Of a stretch of 59,744 nucleotides of DNA, positions 1 to 14,147 are shown piece after piece. Within the stretch, counting starts at the first letter, position 1. Each line of letters opens with the position of its first letter. Position numbers and translations under genes: made by a program. The DNA is taken from assembly GCF_003334255.1 (NCBI RefSeq), contig NZ_QOWU01000029.1. One strand, given 5' to 3'. The notes below the pieces were generated by a model, which worked only from the letters and a program-made list of their open reading frames with translations, was not told the DNA's origin and searched no databases. The DNA is from Escherichia coli. Its GTDB lineage: Bacteria > Pseudomonadota > Gammaproteobacteria > Enterobacterales > Enterobacteriaceae.

Positions 1-10
1 AATTAAGAGA

Positions 11-29
11 TGGTGCATCCGGGAGGATT
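11..29 (-). other. 19-nt fragment identical to the 3-prime end (T-arm half, acceptor stem, CCA) of the tRNA-Arg at 145-221; not part of a complete tRNA
   Basis: tggtgcatccgggaggatt repeats the first 19 nt of the tRNA-Arg gene as read on the + strand; the flanking sequence does not continue the tRNA. Confidence 0.6.
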
Positions 30-144
30 ACTCGCCTTGCGGCTCGCCCTTCGGGCCGTTGCTAAAGCAACGTTATCCTCCCTGGTGCCTGCGGTTATTA
101 CCGCCACCTCTTCCATACCTTCATCGCTGAAAGTACGTAGAATA

Positions 145-221
145 TGGTGCATCCGGGAGGATTCGAACCTCCGACCGCTCGGTTCGTAGCCGAGTACTCT
201 ATCCAGCTGAGCTACGGATGC
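145..221 (-). tRNA. argV: tRNA-Arg (anticodon ACG), 77 nt
   Basis: Reverse complement reads GCATCCGTAGCTCAGCTGGATAGAGTACTCGGCTACGAACCGAG...GGATGCACCA, a cloverleaf with ACG anticodon and encoded CCA. Confidence 0.93.
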
Positions 222-224
222 AAA

Positions 225-317
225 TGGCGGTGAGGCGGGGATTCGAACCCCGGATGCAGCTTTTGACCGCATACTCCCTTAGCAGGGGAGCGCCTTCAGC
301 CTCTCGGCCACCTCACC
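225..317 (-). tRNA. serV: tRNA-Ser (anticodon GCU), 93 nt with long variable arm
   Basis: Reverse complement reads GGTGAGGTGGCCGAGAGGCTGAAGGCGCTCCCCTGCTAAGGGAG...GGTTCGAATCCCCGCCTCACCGCCA. Confidence 0.93.
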
Positions 318-632
318 ACACGCCTCTTACGAGTGCTTCGAAGAACTTGTTTATCGCTCATCGTCGCTGCGTGGCGCACATATTACTTTCTGAGACTTAT
401 AAGTCAAACAATTTTTCCTACACTTTTATCGTTTGCACACTTCACGTTCAATTAGTCTGTAAAAACGTCAAAAAGAGTGTTTTATCAACAGAAGAATGGA
501 GGTCTGACAGATAGTAGTAATGCAAAAAAATGGAGACTTAAGTTGAATGAACGGGAGTAAAGCGAAAAGACTATAGAGTGAAGGAGAAATTTTGAGGGTG
601 CGTCTCACCGATAAAGATGAGACGCGGAAAGA

Positions 633-818
633 TTAGTAACTGGACTGCTGGGATTTTTCAGCCTGGATACGCTGGTAGATCTCTTCACGGTGAACAGAAA
701 CTTCCTTCGGGGCATTTACGCCAATACGTACCTGGTTGCCCTTTACCCCTAAAACTGTCACGGTGACCTCATCCCCAATCATGAGGGTCTCACCAACTCG
801 ACGAGTCAGAATCAGCAT
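633..818 (-). CDS. csrA: Carbon storage regulator CsrA (RNA-binding global regulator), 61 aa
   Basis: ORF track; translation [48 protein letters not shown] is the CsrA sequence. Confidence 0.97.
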
Positions 819-1052
819 TCTTTGCTCCTTGAAAGATTAAAAGAGTCGGGTCTCTCTGTATCCCGGCATTATCCATCATATAACGCCAAAAAGTAAGCAA
901 TGACAAACACATTACATCTAAGCAGTCATGGCATTACATTCTGTTAAACCTAAGTTTAGCCGATATACACAACTTCAACCTGACTTTATCGTTGTCGATA
1001 GCGTTAATGCGAATGCCGTGAAGCGAGTCCACGGCATTGCCTGACGCTTATA

Positions 1053-3683
1053 TTATTGCAATTTCGCGCTGACCCAGCCTTTCACACTGGCTAACGCTGC
1101 AGGTAAGGCCGCAGCATCCGTACCACCGGCTTGCGCCATGTCAGGACGTCCACCACCCTTGCCGCCCACCTGCTGAGCGACCATACCAATCAGTTCCCCT
1201 GCTTTCACACGATCTGTGACGTCCTTAGATACGCCTGCAATCAGAGAAACCTTACCTTCGACTACCGTTGCCAGCACGATAATTGTCGACCCCAGCTGAT
1301 TTTTTAAATCGTCAACCATGGTACGCAACATTTTCGGCTCAACACCGCTAAGCTCGCTAACCAACAGCTTAACACCATTAACATCAATTGCCTTACTGGA
1401 AAGATTTGCGCTCTCCTGTGCGGCAGCTTGTTCTTTAAGCTGTTGTAACTCTTTTTCCAGCTGACGCGTACGTTCCAGTACTGAGCGCACTTTATCAGCC
1501 AGATTATTGCTATCGCCTTTCAGCAGATGCGCGACTTCGCTTAAGCGATCGCTGTCTGCATGAACGGTGGCGATAGCACCTTCTCCGGTTACCGCTTCGA
1601 TACGACGAACGCCTGCAGCAGTACCCGATTCAGAGATGATGCGGAACAGACCAATATCACCAGTGCGGCTGGCGTGAGTACCGCCACACAACTCGGTAGA
1701 GAAATCGCCCATGCTCAGCACGCGTACGCGCTCATCATACTTCTCGCCGAACAGCGCCATCGCACCTTTCGCTTTCGCCGCTTCGAGATCCATGATGTTG
1801 GTTTCGATCGGCAAATTGCGACGAATCTGTGTGTTCACCAGGTCTTCGACCGCACGAATCTCTTCTGGTTTCATCGCTTCGTTGTGTGAGAAGTCGAAGC
1901 GCAGCACCTTGTCGTTAACCAGTGAACCTTTCTGCGATACATGAGTACCCAGAACCTGGCGCAGCGCAGCGTGCATCAGGTGCGTTGCGGAGTGATTCAG
2001 ACGAATACGGGCGCGACGAGCCTCATCAACATCAGCCTGCACCGCGTCGCCCACTTTCAGAGAACCCGCAGCAAGTTTACCGATGTGACCAATCGCCTGG
2101 CCGTATTTCTGCGTATCTTCCACCGCAAAGGAGAAGTTAGCGCCTTTCAGTTCGCCTTTATCGCCAACCTGACCGCCGGATTCCGCATAGAATGGCGTTT
2201 GATCCAGCACGACCACAGCTTCCTGGCCTGCATTGATGGCATCAACCGCTTTACCATCAACAAACAGCGCAGTCACTTTGCCGTTCAGTTCCAGATGGTC
2301 ATAGCCTTTAAATTCAGATGCACTGTCAACACGGATCATTGCGTTGTAATCGGCACCAAAGCCGCTGGCTTCGCGCGCGCGACGACGCTGCTCTTCCATT
2401 GCAGCTTCAAAACCAGCTTCGTCAACTTTGATGTTGCGCTCACGACAAACATCAGCCGTCAGGTCAACCGGGAAGCCATAGGTGTCGTACAGACGGAAAG
2501 CAGTTTCACCATCCAGCGTATCACCAGAAAGTTTTGCCAGCTCTTCATCCAGCAACGCCAGACCGCGCTCCAGAGTACGAGCAAACTGCTCTTCTTCAGT
2601 CTTCAGCACCTGCTCAACCTGCGCCTGCTGGCGTTTCAGGTCTTCACCCGCAGAGCCCATAACGTCGATCAGCGGACCAACCAGTTTGTAGAAGAAGGTT
2701 TCTTTCGCGCCGAGCATATTACCGTGACGCACTGCGCGACGAATGATACGACGCAGTACATAACCACGGTTTTCATTGGACGGCATTACGCCATCCGCGA
2801 TCAGGAACGCACAAGAACGAATGTGGTCAGCGATTACGCGCAGCGATTTATTGCTCAGATCGGTTGCGCCAGTGACTTTCGCTACCGCCTGGATCAGCGT
2901 GCGGAACAGGTCGATGTCATAGTTAGAGTTAACGTGTTGCAGCACCGCAGCAATACGCTCCAGACCCATACCGGTATCTACAGACGGCTTCGGCAGCGGT
3001 TCCATCGTGCCATCGGCCTGGCGGTTGAACTGCATGAAGACGATGTTCCAGATCTCAATGTAGCGGTCGCCGTCTTCTTCCGGGCTTCCCGGAGGGCCCC
3101 CCCAAATGTGGTCGCCGTGATCGTAGAAGATTTCGGTGCACGGGCCGCACGGACCAGTGTCACCCATCTGCCAGAAGTTGTCAGATGCGTATGGCGCACC
3201 TTTGTTATCGCCGATGCGAATAATACGTTCGCGCGGGATCCCTACTTCTTTTTCCCAGATTTCGTAGGCTTCGTCGTCGCTTTCATAGACGGTAACCCAC
3301 AGACGCTCTTTCGGCAGGGCAAACCATTTTTCGCTGGTCAGCAGTTCCCATGCAAACTGAATGGCATCGTGTTTGAAATAGTCGCCGAAGCTGAAGTTGC
3401 CCAGCATTTCGAAGAAGGTATGGTGACGCGCGGTGTAACCGACGTTTTCCAGGTCGTTGTGTTTACCACCCGCACGCACGCAGCGTTGGGAAGTGGTAGC
3501 GCGGGAATAATTACGCTTGTCGAGCCCAAGGAACACATCCTTGAACTGGTTCATCCCGGCGTTGGTAAACAACAAAGTTGGGTCGTTATGGGGTACCAGG
3601 GAGCTGCTGGCAACTACCTGATGTCCCTTACTATGGAAAAAGTCGAGAAACGCCTGACGGATCTCAGCGGTGCTCTTGCTCAT
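1053..3683 (-). CDS. alaS: Alanine--tRNA ligase, 876 aa
   Basis: ORF track; 876-aa product with class II aaRS N-terminus and editing-domain HxxxH motifs; position between csrA and recX. Confidence 0.97.
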
Positions 3684-3810
3684 AATTATCCTGAAATCAA
3701 GCTAACGAAATATCGCCACCAGCTCCAGCGTGTCTTAACCGCCGGGCTGGTAACTGAAAAGTGGGAATAAGATAAGTTTTCTTGACTGGGAAGTAAAATA
3801 CCGTATGCGT

Positions 3811-4311
3811 TCAGTCGGCAAAATTTCGCCAAATCTCCTGGATATCTTCCATCAGATAGCCACGATAGAGCAGAAAACGCTGGATCTTAACTTTTTCTGA
3901 AAAGACAGTTGGCAAAGGTTCGCCATATTTTCGCGTCGCCTGATCGCGCGCCAGTGCGCACCAGTCGATGTCACATTCACGCATCGCTTTTTCTGTCGCT
4001 TCGCGGGAAATACCTTTCTGATTCAGTTCCTGGCGAATACGCGCAGGTCCATAACCTTTGCGGCTACGGCTGGCGATAAAGCGCGCAACAAATCGGCTGT
4101 CATCGAGATAGCCATGTTCATGGCACCAGGCAATAACGCGCTCGTAATCTTCTGCCGTAGCATCAATCTCTTCTGGGCCATTTTTGCCCATAATCGGTGC
4201 CGCGAGTTTACGTCGCAGTTCTTGCTCACTGTGATCGCGCACCGCCAGAATGCGTACCGCACGATCCAACAGGCGAGCATATGCCGGGCGACGGGATGTT
4301 GATTCTGTCAT
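3811..4311 (-). CDS. recX: RecA regulator RecX, 166 aa
   Basis: ORF track; immediately downstream of recA on the same strand; sequence recognised as RecX. Confidence 0.93.
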   Translation of the reverse strand: MTESTSRRPAYARLLDRAVRILAVRDHSEQELRRKLAAPIMGKNGPEEIDATAEDYERVIAWCHEHGYLDDSRFVARFIASRSRKGYGPARIRQELNQKGISREATEKAMRECDIDWCALARDQATRKYGEPLPTVFSEKVKIQRFLLYRGYLMEDIQEIWRNFAD

Positions 4312-4327
4312 GGCATATCCTTACAAC

Positions 4328-4362
4328 TTAAAAAAGCAAAAGGGCCGCAGATGCGACCCTTG
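4328..4362 (-). terminator. Putative intrinsic terminator between recA and recX
   Basis: Minus strand reads an imperfect GC-rich hairpin (gggtcgcatctgcggccc) followed by a T-rich run (ttttgctttttt) just after the recA stop. Confidence 0.5.
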
Positions 4363-4379
4363 TGTATCAAACAAGACGA

Positions 4380-5518
<1,139 letters not shown>

Positions 5519-5520
5519 TA

Positions 5521-6021
5521 TCAAGTGTTTTGTAGAAATTGTTGCCACAAGGTCTGCAATGCATACGCAGTAGCCTGACGACGCACCGCATCACGGTCGC
5601 CGCTGAAGCATTCCCGCCGGGTAATGCCTTCACCGCGGGCAGTGGCAAAAGCAAACCAGACGGTGCCGACAGGCTTCTCTTCACTGCCGCCATCCGGCCC
5701 GGCGATACCACTAATAGACACGGCATAATCAGCACGAGCCGCTTTCAGTGCGCCTATCGCCATTTCCACCACGACGGGTTCACTCACCGCGCCATGCTGC
5801 GCCAGCGTCTCTTCGCGTACGCCGATCATCTGCGCTTTGGCTTCGTTACTGTAGGTGACAAATCCGCGTTCAAACCAGGCGGAGCTACCGGCAATATCGG
5901 TAATCACTTTCGCTACCCAACCACCGGTACAAGACTCGGCAGTTGTTACGGTTGCGCCACGGGCTTTCAGCGCCTGCCCAACCTGTTCACTTAACTGCAT
6001 CAGTTCACTGTCAGTCATCAC
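5521..6021 (-). CDS. pncC: NMN amidohydrolase PncC (CinA-family C-terminal domain protein), about 165 aa
   Basis: ORF track; upstream of recA on the same strand; sequence MTDSELMQLSEQVGQALKARGATVTTAESCTGGW typical of the CinA C-terminal domain. Confidence 0.9.
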   Translation of the reverse strand: MMTDSELMQLSEQVGQALKARGATVTTAESCTGGWVAKVITDIAGSSAWFERGFVTYSNEAKAQMIGVREETLAQHGAVSEPVVVEMAIGALKAARADYAVSISGIAGPDGGSEEKPVGTVWFAFATARGEGITRRECFSGDRDAVRRQATAYALQTLWQQFLQNT

Positions 6022-6162
6022 AACCTCTGTCAGTCAAAAATTTATGCCGGACAAGATAGCACTTTCGTCAGGAAGATGGTGTTGGCGTTGCAATTTTACG
6101 AGGAGGATTCAGAAAAAAGCTGATTAGCCAGAGGGAAGCTCACGCCCCCCTCTTGTAAATAG

Positions 6163-7248
6163 CTACTGTACTCGCGCCAGCGCCACGGCTTGTCCTAACT
6201 GCCAGACCGCCATTGCGTAATGGGTGCTGTGGTTGTAACGGGTGATGGTGTAGAAGTTCGGCAGACCGTACCAGTACTGGTAGCCGGTGCCAACATCCAG
6301 ACGCAGCAGGCTGGCTTGTTGATGGTTGCCCAGCGGCTGCTGTGGCGTTAAACCTGCGGCGGCAAGCTGCGAAATGCTGTACTTAGTTTTGAAGCCATTT
6401 GGCAAGCCTGGAGCCTGACCGTTTGCCATTACCGCGACCTGATCGCCTTTCACCCAGCCGTGCGCTTTGAAATAGTTCGCCACGCTACCGATCGCATCAA
6501 CCGGATCCCACAGGTTGATATGCCCGTCGCCGCTGAAATCTACCGCATATTGTTTGTAAGACGACGGCATAAACTGTCCGTAGCCCATCGCCCCGGCAAA
6601 GGAACCTTTCAGATTGAGCGGATCGTCCTGCTCGTCGCGCGCCATCAACAGGAAGGTTTCCAGCTCGCCAGAGAAATACTCCGCGCGGCGTGGGTAGTTA
6701 AATGACAGCGTTGCCAGCGCATCGAGGATGCGAGTTTTCCCCATCACGCGCCCCCAGCGGGTTTCAACGCCGATAATCCCGACGATAATTTCCGGCGGTA
6801 CTCCATACACCTGCCACGCGCGATTCAACGCATCTTCATACTGATTCCAGAAAACCACACCGTTCTGCACGTTGTCCGGCGTAATAAATTTTTTGCGATA
6901 ACGGAGCCATGCGCCGTTCGGACCTGATGGCGGTTTCACCGATGTGGTTGGTGCCTGGTTATCCATCAGCCGCAGTACCGAATCCAGACGCTTCGCCTGG
7001 GAGAGAATTTCCTGCAACTGCTGACGATCGAAACCGTGTTTGTTCACCATTTTGTCGATGAACTGCTGGGCATTCGGGTTATTAGCGAAATCGCCGCCCA
7101 TCTGCATCACATTGTGCTGCGGCTCAAGCAGGAAGCCGCCAGACGGCGTTCCGGTGGTCGTATCAGTCTCAGTAGGTTTTGGCTTGCTGCTACAGGCGGC
7201 AAGCAACACAAAAAGGGGAAGCAATGTTACATAACGACGCTTGAACAT
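6163..7248 (-). CDS. mltB: Membrane-bound lytic murein transglycosylase B (lipoprotein), about 361 aa; the track ORF is extended to 7353
   Basis: ORF track; the internal Met followed by a lipobox (LLAAC) marks the likely real start. Confidence 0.9.
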   Translation of the reverse strand: MFKRRYVTLLPLFVLLAACSSKPKPTETDTTTGTPSGGFLLEPQHNVMQMGGDFANNPNAQQFIDKMVNKHGFDRQQLQEILSQAKRLDSVLRLMDNQAPTTSVKPPSGPNGAWLRYRKKFITPDNVQNGVVFWNQYEDALNRAWQVYGVPPEIIVGIIGVETRWGRVMGKTRILDALATLSFNYPRRAEYFSGELETFLLMARDEQDDPLNLKGSFAGAMGYGQFMPSSYKQYAVDFSGDGHINLWDPVDAIGSVANYFKAHGWVKGDQVAVMANGQAPGLPNGFKTKYSISQLAAAGLTPQQPLGNHQQASLLRLDVGTGYQYWYGLPNFYTITRYNHSTHYAMAVWQLGQAVALARVQ

Positions 7249-7485
7249 GAGGGGTCCATTTAACAGATTCAACCAGGGGCAAGTATGGTAAAGCATCACG
7301 CCCCGCACAAGGAAGCGGTAGTCACTGCCCGATACGGACTTTACATAACTCAACTCATTCCCCTCGCTATCCTTTTATTCAAACTTTCAAATTAAAATAT
7401 TTATCTTTCATTTTGCGATCAAAATAACACTTTTAAATCTTTCAATCTGATTAGATTAGGTTGCCGTTTGGTAATAAAACAATAA

Positions 7486-9023
<1,538 letters not shown>

Positions 9024-9033
9024 AGGCTGAAAC

Positions 9034-10188
<1,155 letters not shown>

Positions 10189-10232
10189 TCAACAGCGGAG
10201 ATCCATTAAGGATCTCCGTGAGACTATAGAAT

Positions 10233-10257
10233 GCCTGATGCGCTACGCTCATCAGGC
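10233..10257. repeat. REP-like palindromic element in the srlD-gutM spacer, adjacent to a second hairpin at about 10196-10218
   Basis: gcctgatgcgctacgctcatcaggc resembles REP half-sites; preceded by the perfect hairpin cggagatccattaaggatctccg. Confidence 0.5.
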
Positions 10258-10292
10258 ATACAGGACTTCCGCCACTACATTAAGGAAAAGTT

Positions 10293-10652
10293 ATGGTATC
10301 CGCACTCATCACCGTCGCCGTTATCGCCTGGTGTGCGCAACTGGCCTTAGGCGGCTGGCAAATTTCTCGTTTTAACCGTGCCTTCGACACACTATGCCAG
10401 CAAGGGCGGGTTGGCGTGGGCCGTTCCAGCGGGCGCTTTAAACCGCGGGTCGTGGTCGCCATCGCGCTGGACGATCAGCAGCGCATCGTCGACACCTTGT
10501 TTATGAAAGGACTGACCGTCTTCGCCCGACCGCAAAAAATTCCCGCAATTACCGGTATGCATGCGGGTGATTTACAGCCCGATGTGATCTTTCCCCATGA
10601 TCCACTATCACAGAATGCTCTATCATTGGCGCTTAAACTGAAACGTGGATAA
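10293..10652 (+). CDS. srlM: Glucitol operon activator GutM, 119 aa
   Basis: ORF track; small protein with an N-terminal hydrophobic segment, between srlD and srlR. Confidence 0.9.
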   Translation: MVSALITVAVIAWCAQLALGGWQISRFNRAFDTLCQQGRVGVGRSSGRFKPRVVVAIALDDQQRIVDTLFMKGLTVFARPQKIPAITGMHAGDLQPDVIFPHDPLSQNALSLALKLKRG

Positions 10653-10718
10653 TTTCGTTGTGAATGTTACTTGCTTGCGAAGTTATCATTTTGAAACCTA
10701 AATCAGGTAATCACGCCC

Positions 10719-11492
10719 ATGAAACCTCGTCAGCGTCAGGCCGCCATTCTGGAGTATCTGCAAAAGCAGGGTAAATGCTCGGTTGAAGAATTGGCGCAAT
10801 ACTTTGACACCACAGGCACAACCATTCGCAAAGATCTGGTCATTCTGGAACATGCCGGAACCGTCATTCGTACTTATGGCGGAGTGGTGTTGAATAAAGA
10901 GGAATCCGATCCGCCTATCGATCATAAAACACTCATCAACACCCACAAGAAAGAGCTGATTGCAGAAGCTGCCGTTAGTTTTATCCATGATGGCGATTCG
11001 ATCATTCTTGATGCTGGCAGTACCGTTTTGCAGATGGTTCCCCTGCTCTCGCGCTTTAATAACATCACGGTGATGACCAACAGCCTGCATATCGTCAATG
11101 CGCTATCCGAACTGGATAACGAACAAACTATCCTGATGCCAGGCGGAACGTTTCGCAAAAAATCGGCCTCATTTCACGGGCAACTGGCAGAGAATGCCTT
11201 CGAGCATTTCACCTTCGATAAATTGTTTATGGGCACCGACGGCATCGATCTCAATGCGGGCGTAACCACCTTTAACGAGGTTTATACCGTCAGTAAGGCA
11301 ATGTGCAATGCCGCGCGCGAAGTGATTTTGATGGCGGACTCATCAAAGTTTGGCCGTAAAAGCCCCAACGTAGTTTGCAGTCTTGAAAGCGTCGATAAGC
11401 TGATTACCGACGCAGGTATCGATCCGGCGTTTCGTCAGGCGCTGGAAGAGAAAGGGATCGATGTGATCATAACCGGAGAGAGCAATGAGTGA
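10719..11492 (+). CDS. srlR: DeoR-family glucitol operon repressor, 257 aa
   Basis: ORF track; N-terminal helix-turn-helix and DeoR C-terminal sugar-binding domain. Confidence 0.93.
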
Positions 11493-12450
11493 AGCACTAC
11501 TGAACGCGGGACGTCAGACGTTAATGCTGGAGTTGCAGGAAGCAAGCCGTTTACCGGAACGTCTGGGCGATGATTTTGTTCGCGCCGCCAATATCATCCT
11601 GCACTGTGAAGGCAAAGTGGTGGTTTCGGGAATTGGCAAATCGGGCCACATTGGTAAGAAAATCGCCGCAACGCTTGCCAGTACCGGCACTCCGGCTTTT
11701 TTTGTCCATCCGGCAGAAGCGCTGCACGGCGATCTGGGGATGATCGAAAGCCGCGATGTGATGCTGTTTATCTCTTACTCCGGTGGCGCGAAGGAACTGG
11801 ATCTGATTATTCCGCGTCTGGAAGATAAATCTATCGCGCTGCTGGCGATGACCGGCAAACCGACGTCACCGCTGGGCCTGGCGGCAAAAGCGGTGCTGGA
11901 TATCTCCGTAGAACGCGAAGCCTGCCCGATGCACCTTGCGCCGACCTCCAGCACCGTCAATACCCTGATGATGGGTGACGCGCTGGCGATGGCGGTCATG
12001 CAGGCGCGCGGATTTAATGAAGAAGATTTTGCCCGCTCCCACCCAGCCGGGGCACTGGGCGCTCGCTTGCTGAATAAAGTGCATCATCTGATGCGCCGTG
12101 ACGATGCCATCCCACAGGTGGCGTTAACCGCCAGCGTGATGGATGCGATGCTGGAACTCAGCCGCACCGGTCTGGGGCTGGTGGCGGTATGTGACGCTCA
12201 ACAACAGGTACAAGGCGTCTTTACCGACGGCGATTTACGTCGCTGGCTGGTTGGCGGCGGCGCACTCACCACGCCAGTCAATGAAGCGATGACGGTCGGC
12301 GGCACCACGTTGCAATCGCAAAGTCGCGCCATCGACGCCAAAGAGATCCTGATGAAGCGCAAAATCACTGCCGCACCGGTGGTGGATGAAAACGGCAAAC
12401 TCACCGGCGCAATAAACCTGCAGGATTTCTATCAGGCCGGGATTATTTAA
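11485..12450 (+). CDS. gutQ: D-arabinose 5-phosphate isomerase GutQ (SIS and CBS domains), 321 aa
   Basis: ORF track; SIS-domain motif and tandem CBS domains; start overlaps the srlR stop. Confidence 0.93.
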
Positions 12451-13961
12451 TCCTTCAATCCCAGACGTTTCGCCAGCCGATGCAGGTTGGCGACGTCGGT
12501 TTCCAGCATCCGCGCGCAGGCAGCCCAGTTGTGATGATTTTGTGCCAGTGCCTGACGAATAGTTTCACGCTGGAACGCTTCTGTCGCTTCACGCAGGTTT
12601 TGCTTAACAACGGGCACCGCCGCCACTTCTGGCGTCGGCAACGTCACCTCAGGAAAAGCAAAATGTTGCGCCTCAAGAATCACTTCATCGCCGCTGCGGG
12701 TGGCTCTCGCCAGAACTACCGCCCGATGAATAGCATGTTCCAGTTCGCGCACGTTTCCCGGAAAACTGTAGTGTTGCAGTAAATTTCGCGCTCCGGCACT
12801 TAATACCACGCGGGAGAGCCCCTGCCGCAAACGACACTGCTCGCAGAAATACCCCGCCAGCAGAATGACATCATCGCCCCGCTCACGCAGCGGCGGCACC
12901 GAAAGTGGAAACACGCTCAGGCGATGAAACAAATCGGCGCGGAATCGCCCTGCCAGCACCTCTTCGCGTAAATCGCGGTTAGTCGCCGCCAGCACGCGCA
13001 CATCGACCCGCAAACAACGGTCATCGCCAACGCGCTGAATATCGCCATACTGCAACACCCTCAGCAGCTTGGCCTGCAATGCCAACGACAACTCGCCGAT
13101 CTCATCCAGAAACAGCGTGCCGTTATCCGCCATTTCAAACTTCCCGCTGCGATTACTGATAGCGCCAGTAAACGCTCCTTTCACATGCCCGAACAACTCA
13201 CTTTCCGCCACACTTTCCGGCAGTGCAGCACAGTTGAGATAGACCAGCGGATTCACCGCCCGTGGCGAGGCTTCATGAATCGCTTTCGCCACCAGCTCCT
13301 TACCGGTTCCAGTCTCACCGCTGATCAGGACGTTGAGATCGGACGCCGCCACAATCTCAATCTCTTTTTTCAGTTGCGTCATGCCAGGGGACAAGCCAAT
13401 CATCTGCGTCTGTTTCACCGCTTCAAACGGCGTGGCATCGCCTGGCAGCATATTCTGGCTTTCCAGTTGTTCAATCAGCAACGCATTGCTTAACGCTCCC
13501 GCCGCCAGCGCAGCAATCAGCCGTAGCTCTTCGTCGCTGAAAACATCGAACTGATCGGGCTGCATCCCGTCGAGCGTCAGTGCGCCGATCAGGTTTTGCC
13601 CGGCAAACAATGGCAGACCAACGCAGGCGTGAACCTTCAGACTCTCCTGCCCAGGAATCAAACCGTCATAGGGATCGGGCAATTCGCTGTCTGCGGGAAA
13701 GCGCACCACATCCCCGGCGCGGGCAATCGCTTCCAGCCGTGGATGCCCTTCCAGCGCAAAGCGTCTACCGAGTACATCCTTTGCCAGACCGTCGATGGCA
13801 AGCGGAATAAACTGCCGCGAATCGTAACGTAGCAACGCAGACGCATCGCACTCCAGCACCTGACGTAGCGTGGTGATCAGGCGCTGAAAACGATCCTGGT
13901 GACCAATCCCACGCTGCAATTCGATGGCGATATTCGCCAGCACATCAACGGAAAAACTCAT
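12447..13961 (-). CDS. norR: Sigma54-dependent NO-responsive regulator NorR, about 504 aa; the track ORF is extended to 14036
   Basis: ORF track; GAF domain, AAA+ sigma54-activator core ([14 protein letters not shown]) and C-terminal HTH. Confidence 0.95.
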   Translation of the reverse strand: MSFSVDVLANIAIELQRGIGHQDRFQRLITTLRQVLECDASALLRYDSRQFIPLAIDGLAKDVLGRRFALEGHPRLEAIARAGDVVRFPADSELPDPYDGLIPGQESLKVHACVGLPLFAGQNLIGALTLDGMQPDQFDVFSDEELRLIAALAAGALSNALLIEQLESQNMLPGDATPFEAVKQTQMIGLSPGMTQLKKEIEIVAASDLNVLISGETGTGKELVAKAIHEASPRAVNPLVYLNCAALPESVAESELFGHVKGAFTGAISNRSGKFEMADNGTLFLDEIGELSLALQAKLLRVLQYGDIQRVGDDRCLRVDVRVLAATNRDLREEVLAGRFRADLFHRLSVFPLSVPPLRERGDDVILLAGYFCEQCRLRQGLSRVVLSAGARNLLQHYSFPGNVRELEHAIHRAVVLARATRSGDEVILEAQHFAFPEVTLPTPEVAAVPVVKQNLREATEAFQRETIRQALAQNHHNWAACARMLETDVANLHRLAKRLGLKD

Positions 13962-13973
13962 CTTTGCCTCACT

Positions 13974-14029
13974 GTCAATTTGACTATAGATATTGTCATA
14001 TCGACCATTTGATTGATAGTCATTTTGAC
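13974..14029. promoter_or_regulatory. Three NorR enhancer sites (GT-N7-AC) in the norR-norV intergenic region
   Basis: gtcaatttgac (13974-13984), gtcatatcgac (13995-14005) and gtcattttgac (14019-14029) seen directly. Confidence 0.75.
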
Positions 14030-14084
14030 TACTCATTAATGGGCATAATTTTATTTATAGAGTAAAAACAATCAGATAAAAAAC

Positions 14085-14100
14085 TGGCACGCAATCTGCA
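14085..14100 (+). promoter_or_regulatory. Sigma54 (-24/-12) promoter for norVW
   Basis: TGGCACgcaatcTGCA about 50 bp upstream of the norV start codon. Confidence 0.85.
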
Positions 14101-14147
14101 ATTAGCAAGACATCTTTTTAGAACACGCTGAATAAATTGAGGTTGCT

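Noticed and set aside
3-514. ORFs 3-272 (-) and 218-514 (+) at the window start
   Set aside because: Both overlap the tRNA-Arg and tRNA-Ser genes; their translations are artefacts of reading through structured RNA genes.
1-633. Possibility of a prophage or island integrated at tRNA-Arg/tRNA-Ser
   Set aside because: Only 116 bp separate the intact tRNA-Arg from the duplicated 19-mer, and csrA follows directly on the other side. No phage-like genes are in the window; any element would have to lie upstream of position 1.
1941-3770. 609-aa ORF on the + strand
   Set aside because: Lies entirely antisense to alaS; the translation is low-complexity and rich in Arg, Phe and Val, typical of a shadow ORF in a GC-biased coding region. 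No independent start or ribosome-binding context.
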